A stretch of DNA of 64,000 nucleotides from Planctomycetota bacterium. Lineage in GTDB: Bacteria > Planctomycetota > JAJSAM01 > JAJVHW01. Location of the stretch: assembly GCA_965248445.1 (NCBI GenBank), contig CBDFJG010000003.1, positions 1,088,001-1,152,000 on the forward strand. The letters are read 5' to 3'. Shown piece by piece: positions 59,206 to 64,000 of this stretch (within the stretch, counting starts at the first letter, position 1; every line of letters starts with the position of its first letter). The position numbers and the translations under genes were made by a program. Below the pieces are notes generated by a model that was not told where the DNA came from, searched no databases, and was given only the letters and a program-made list of their open reading frames with translations.

Positions 59206-60624
59206 CTAGTCGGCTGACGCGACGACCACGACAAAGAGACGGCGGCGCTCGCTGCGGCGGGTGCGGGCCGTCCAGGCAACCGCGAAGGACGGCGGCGTGC
59301 GGAAGTCGTCACCCGGCGCGATGATCGGGTGGGACGGATCGACGCGAGCGCCGAGCGTGATCTCGGACGCGACGCGGCCCTTGCGTGTGACGCGGCGGAG
59401 GCGCAGCCGATTGCGCTTGCCCGCGCGGCCCGTCGTCCACGCGACGAGGGCCCCGCCAAGTTGGTCGATCGAGAACGCCGGGAGCGGGCTGCGACGTGCG
59501 CGCAAGATGCGCGCGCGATAGACCTGGTCTCCGCTCGACGCGATCCGGTCGAGGAACACGCCACCCTTGTGCGTCGGCGTGGGCCTCCGGATCGGCGGAC
59601 CGGACCAGAGCACCGAACCCGGATACCCGAGCACGCCCACGAAGGTCCGCGTGGCATTGCCACCGGCCTGCGCCGCATCCAGACCGATCGGGCCACGATA
59701 GGTCGTCTCCAACTCGCTGACGTCGGATCGAAGCCGTTTCAGGATCAGCTCGGACTTCTTGCCGGAGGTCACCACGCCCGTGACGTAGAGGACGCCGAAC
59801 CCGGACTGCGCCGTCGTCGTCTCGAGCGGCGACGCGGCGTCCTCCTCGTCGAATAGCGTGACGTGGCCGGCGATGTCGCCGAAGGCGTCGCCTTCGAAGC
59901 CGACCGACACCGCGTGGACACCGCGGTGCGTCACCCCGATGCGCGCCGCCAGCTCCAGCTGGTCGTAGATCACGATCGCCCGCTCGACTCGCAGGAAGTC
60001 GACGGACCGGACGACGACATGCTGCGAGCCGCGTGGCTCCGGCGGAGGATCGAGGGGATCCCACAGCCGGCGCGAGATCGTGAGGGGCGCGGTGAGCGCC
60101 GAGAACGTCGCAGCGTCGGTTAGTTGCGCGACGAGCTCCGTGCCCAGGTCGGGCGTCGCGACCGTGGAGATCACGTGGACGGTGTTGAACGCCATCCCGA
60201 CGTGCGCGTCGTCTCCGGCCGCGGTCAGCGGGCCCGTGACGCCCTCGCTCGAGTGGTACTTCACGACCTGCGAACCGTGCGCGACGAACAGCGAGCCCTC
60301 GTCACGGAACTGGTGCACGCGGAAGTTCTCCGGCGGGACGGTGCTGTTCGTGATGTTCATCAGCACCGCCGACGCGAGCCGCGCCGCCCCGGGGACCACG
60401 CCCCGGCGCACGATGAGTGTGTCGCCGCCGATCGTGATCGCGAAGACGATCTGCGTGCGGCCATCGTCGTCGATGCCGATCCACGGGTCGCCGTGGACGT
60501 GTTCGTCCGTGCCGGTCATCTCGAGGACCGGTCCGACGCCAAGTCTCCGTTTTGGACTGTCGAGCGCGAACGCGGGGGCGGCGAGCGAAACGATGAGGGC
60601 AGCGGCCAGCAGTCGCGAGATCAC
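59206..60624 (-). CDS. Secreted beta-rich hypothetical protein
   Basis: GTG overlaps the PPK2 stop. Signal peptide ISRLLAAALIVSLAAPAFA. Confidence 0.7.
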   Translation of the reverse strand: MISRLLAAALIVSLAAPAFALDSPKRRLGVGPVLEMTGTDEHVHGDPWIGIDDDGRTQIVFAITIGGDTLIVRRGVVPGAARLASAVLMNITNSTVPPENFRVHQFRDEGSLFVAHGSQVVKYHSSEGVTGPLTAAGDDAHVGMAFNTVHVISTVATPDLGTELVAQLTDAATFSALTAPLTISRRLWDPLDPPPEPRGSQHVVVRSVDFLRVERAIVIYDQLELAARIGVTHRGVHAVSVGFEGDAFGDIAGHVTLFDEEDAASPLETTTAQSGFGVLYVTGVVTSGKKSELILKRLRSDVSELETTYRGPIGLDAAQAGGNATRTFVGVLGYPGSVLWSGPPIRRPTPTHKGGVFLDRIASSGDQVYRARILRARRSPLPAFSIDQLGGALVAWTTGRAGKRNRLRLRRVTRKGRVASEITLGARVDPSHPIIAPGDDFRTPPSFAVAWTARTRRSERRRLFVVVVASAD

Positions 60625-61499
60625 GCGTCCCCGTCTCCGAGGATCTTGCGCATCTCGTCGAAGCGCGCCTTGGTCTCGTCGTCCACCTCGGGGTACGTGA
60701 GGCCCAGGCTCTCCATGGTGCGCTGCACGAGGTCGGCGACGTAGACGCGCATCGACCGCTTGTCGTCGGCCGGGATCGCGTACCACGGCGCCGACGCGCG
60801 TGAGGTCGCGTTCAGCAGGTCCTCGTACGCCTCCATGTACTGCGGCCAGCACTTGGCCTCCTCGACATCGCGCGTGCTGAACTTCCAGTTCTTCTCCGGC
60901 TCGTCGATGCGCGCGAGGAAGCGCTTGCGCTGCTCGTCGCGCGATACGTTGAGCCAGAACTTGAGAATGACGGTGCCGTTCCGCGCGAGGTGTTTCTCGT
61001 GCTCGCGGATCGACTCGTAGCGCTGCTTCCAGAGCTTTGCGAGCGTCTTCGGGCGGTTGGGCAGGTTCTGCCCGCCGAGGAACTCGGGGTGCACGCGCAC
61101 GACGAGGACCTCCTCGTAGTAGCTGCGGTTGAACACGCCGATCGTGCCGCGAGGTGGCAGCACCTTGGCCGAGCGCCACAGGAACTCGTGATCGAGTTCC
61201 TCCTTGGACGGCGCCTTGAACGAGGAGACCTGGCACCCCGCGGGGTTGACGCCGGAGAGCACCGCGCGGATCGTGCCGTCCTTACCCGCCGCGTCCATGG
61301 CCTGGAACACGAGCAGGATCGAGTGCTGGTTGTGCGCATACAGGATGCGCTGCAGTTCGTCCAGCCGCTCCACGTGCCCGGCGAGCTCCTTCTCGAGCTC
61401 CTTCTTCTTCCGCTTGTCGGCCGGCCCGGTCGCCGCCTTCTTCACACGGAAGCTGCCGTCGAACGGCACCAGATAGGGACTGTCGACCGCTTCGAACAT
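60621..61499 (-). CDS. ppk2: Polyphosphate kinase 2 family (polyP:nucleotide phosphotransferase)
   Basis: FQAMDAAGKDGTI, SFKAPS.EEL.H.FLWR, FNRSYYEEVL, KNWKFS, APWY.IPADDK. Confidence 0.95.
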   Translation of the reverse strand: MFEAVDSPYLVPFDGSFRVKKAATGPADKRKKKELEKELAGHVERLDELQRILYAHNQHSILLVFQAMDAAGKDGTIRAVLSGVNPAGCQVSSFKAPSKEELDHEFLWRSAKVLPPRGTIGVFNRSYYEEVLVVRVHPEFLGGQNLPNRPKTLAKLWKQRYESIREHEKHLARNGTVILKFWLNVSRDEQRKRFLARIDEPEKNWKFSTRDVEEAKCWPQYMEAYEDLLNATSRASAPWYAIPADDKRSMRVYVADLVQRTMESLGLTYPEVDDETKARFDEMRKILGDGDA

Positions 61500-61576
61500 C
61501 CACGTCCTCCTGCTGCGGGAGCTACGGCGGGGACGATACGCGATCCGCACCGCGGCAGGCAATCGGCGCGCACCGA

Positions 61577-62896
61577 CTACTTCAGCACGCGGAGGCGGAG
61601 GTTCTCGAAACGAGCGCGGCCGTTGTTGATCGCGATCCCGGGCGGCGCCTTGTCCGATCCGACCACTCCCTCGACGAGCCGGAAGCCGTCGACCCAGATC
61701 TCAAGCCGGTCGCCGCGGCGGACCATCAGGAGGTCGGCGCTGCCGCGGTCGGGCAGCCGCTCCGTGCGGTTCGACGCGACACCACCCTCGTCCTTCCACA
61801 CGAACGTCCCCGCGCGGACCAGCATCGCCTGGCAGCCGGCGCCCAGCCGCAACTGGACTCCCCCACCCACACCTTCGGTCACGACGCGCGCCCGCAGGAT
61901 GCAGTCACCGTACTTCTTCGTCCCCAGCTCGCAGACCGCCCACACGTCGCCCTCGACGGCGGCTTGGATCCCGGCATCGGTCGTCTTGAACGTCCCGTCT
62001 TTGCCCGGGTTCAGCTTCGTGCGCGCCAGGGACTTCCAGTCGGACGGCTTGCCGAGCAGTTCCGCGGGCAGGCGCTTGTCGGGGTCGATCTCGAAGCGGT
62101 CGAACGAGACCTCCTCGCCGTCGCGCTGCGCGAGCAGTGTCTCAACCTCCGGCCGCAGCACGAACGTGCCGAGATAAGCGAGCCACGTCTTCTCGAGAGC
62201 CTTCTCGTCCGCACCGAGAGCCGTCTTGGCGGCGGTGCCGGTGTAGTACTTCAGCGTCTTCTCCATGCCGTGCCGGTCGATCAGGAATCGCATGAAGCTG
62301 CCAGCGACGTCGTAGGCGTTGAAGCCGGGGTTCTTGCGCTGCCACGCGTAGAAGTCGCCGCCGAGGAGCGTGGACAGGGCGGGGAGCTTCTTGCGCTTGC
62401 GGTAGAAGGCCGGGACCGCGTGCACGGGCACTCCGTGGACGAACTCGAGCAGCGCGTTCGCCAGCCCCTCGACGAGGAACAGGTTGCGCGGATCGTCGCC
62501 GCTCTTCGGGAGCTGCCCCGCCACGAGATGCACGAACTCGTGATAGCGAGTCTGCTCGTTGTCGTACGGCAGGTGCACGACCCGCCCGGACGTGGTTCCG
62601 CCGATGCCCTCGCGCTTCAGGATCGCTTGGAGTTCCGGCACATCGTCGTAGAGGAAGAGCTCAAAGCGCCCCTCCGACGTGTAGGCGAGCTTCGCCGCGA
62701 TGTCGGTGAAGTCGTCTTCCGCCCGCCGCGCGATCTGCTCGATCTGCGCCGCCGCGCGCGAGCCGGGCCGGTAGCGGATATCGAGGTGCTCCGTCTCCTC
62801 GAGACCCGTGTGCGTCTTGCTGGCATCCGCGAACGCGACGCAGGCCAAGAGCAGGAGCGCAGCCGCCGTCATTCGTCCCAACCACGTGGTGCGCAC
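61577..62896 (-). CDS. Secreted gluzincin-like (peptidase MA) protein with C-terminal beta-sandwich
   Basis: HEFVH..FLVEGLA, AY..AGSF..FLI. GGGAGG RBS before GTG 62896. Confidence 0.78.
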   Translation of the reverse strand: MRTTWLGRMTAAALLLLACVAFADASKTHTGLEETEHLDIRYRPGSRAAAQIEQIARRAEDDFTDIAAKLAYTSEGRFELFLYDDVPELQAILKREGIGGTTSGRVVHLPYDNEQTRYHEFVHLVAGQLPKSGDDPRNLFLVEGLANALLEFVHGVPVHAVPAFYRKRKKLPALSTLLGGDFYAWQRKNPGFNAYDVAGSFMRFLIDRHGMEKTLKYYTGTAAKTALGADEKALEKTWLAYLGTFVLRPEVETLLAQRDGEEVSFDRFEIDPDKRLPAELLGKPSDWKSLARTKLNPGKDGTFKTTDAGIQAAVEGDVWAVCELGTKKYGDCILRARVVTEGVGGGVQLRLGAGCQAMLVRAGTFVWKDEGGVASNRTERLPDRGSADLLMVRRGDRLEIWVDGFRLVEGVVGSDKAPPGIAINNGRARFENLRLRVLK

Positions 62897-62972
62897 GCTC
62901 GCCTCCCAGTTGGCGGGCAGCGTAGCACGCTCTCGACAGCGGGCGTTCGCCGGCGCAGTCTCGGCGGACGCG

Positions 62973-63788
62973 CTACGGCTTGCGCAGGACGACGTCCACC
63001 ATCGTCGGGGTGTAGATGTAGCTGCTGCCTTCGCGGGAGCGCTCCGCCCACTCTGCGAAGAAGGCGTCGGCAGCCGGCTGCGTGAGCAGGCCCCGCTCGA
63101 CCAGCCTCGGCACGTAGCTCTCGTAGAACTCCCCCAGCCAGCGCCACTCGAGGGAGCCGACGCGACCCAGGCGCGCCAAGGGCTCGAACACCTCGACCGT
63201 GAGGCCGCACGCCCGGGCGTAGCCGGGGAGGAGGTCGCCAACATCGATGTTGCCGCCGCCCAGCTCCCAGCTCTGCATGCAAGCGGCCACGACGCGATCG
63301 TGGACGGCGCTTCGGGGCACGAGCCGCTTGGCCGCCCAGTCGAGGTAATCCTGCACGATCAGCGCCCCGCCGGGTCGCAGGAGGCGCGCGATCGTCGCGA
63401 TCACGCTCGCGGGATCGGGCAACCAGCAGAACAGCCAGCGCGCGTACGCGACGTCGACCGAGCCGCTCGGCAGGCTGAGCGTCTCGACCGGTCCGTGCGA
63501 CGTGGCGACCTGCGCAAGGCCGCGCGCGTCGCACGTCTTGCGCAGGTACGCGAGAAAGCGGTCACTGGCGTCCCGCGCGATCACGCGGCCGCCGGGGCCC
63601 ACGGTCCGTGCGAGTTCGAGAGTCGTGAAGCCCGGTCCGCTCCCGAGGTCGAGCGCCACGTGGCCGGTCGCGAGACCCGCCCGCGCGAGAATCGCGAGCA
63701 TCTGCTGCACCCACGCGTGGTGCTGGAAGCGCAGCCGGCGCACCTCCTCGCCATCGGTCCCCAGGATGTACTCGTCTTCTTCCGGCAT
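62973..63788 (-). CDS. Class I SAM-dependent methyltransferase
   Basis: YILG..E..RL..QH, LDLGSGPG, RWLFCWL, LRPGG. Confidence 0.9.
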   Translation of the reverse strand: MPEEDEYILGTDGEEVRRLRFQHHAWVQQMLAILARAGLATGHVALDLGSGPGFTTLELARTVGPGGRVIARDASDRFLAYLRKTCDARGLAQVATSHGPVETLSLPSGSVDVAYARWLFCWLPDPASVIATIARLLRPGGALIVQDYLDWAAKRLVPRSAVHDRVVAACMQSWELGGGNIDVGDLLPGYARACGLTVEVFEPLARLGRVGSLEWRWLGEFYESYVPRLVERGLLTQPAADAFFAEWAERSREGSSYIYTPTMVDVVLRKP

Positions 63789-64000
63789 GGGTCTGGCGCC
63801 GCAGCTCTCCTCGTCTCTCCACGGTAGCGCACCCGGTTGCTGAGCGGTGCTGGGCGCGGCGTGGACGAGCGCCGTCGCGGGAAATCGCGACATGCCCCAG
63901 CGGTTCCGTACGGTCCTGGCGATGCCCCGCTCGCGCCGCCCCACGACACCCGAACCGATCCGGCTGCGGGGTGTGCGGCAAAACAACCTGCGAGGCATCG

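Noticed and set aside
60625..61236. N-terminal extension of the 676-aa ORF, and similar long overlapping or antisense ORFs throughout
   Set aside because: Alternative-frame shadows of real genes, expected in very GC-rich DNA.

Overview
A high-GC bacterial chromosome segment. The gene content (HEAT/vWA proteins, FGE-sulfatase domain, ECF sigma/anti-sigma, DUF4404) suggests Planctomycetota, but this is inference only. Housekeeping genes (xseA, rny, pabB/pabC-like, xerC, fumC, recG, HU, dihydroorotase, PPK2) are interleaved with signs of recent, intense rearrangement. There are five full 1669-bp copies and one truncated copy of a CTAG-targeting IS1380-family element, including a head-to-tail dimer of two different alleles. 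There is also an intact single-ORF IS66 with an 8-bp TSD, an IS91-like remnant and a primase/HTH mobile-element remnant. Several gene fragments are joined at chimeric junctions (sigma/primase, kinase/MnmA, IS/pilX-like, propeller/toxin-like). Two signals stand out. (i) A 149-bp piece of a toxin-like gene is duplicated, each copy lying on the right-end side of a different IS1380 copy, consistent with ISEcp1-style capture of neighbouring DNA. (ii) Recurrent perfect 7-8-bp tandem duplications frameshift three genes, and removing one unit restores each reading frame. A structured RNA candidate lies upstream of rny. No CRISPR array, rRNA or tRNA was seen. Misassembly cannot be excluded without reads.
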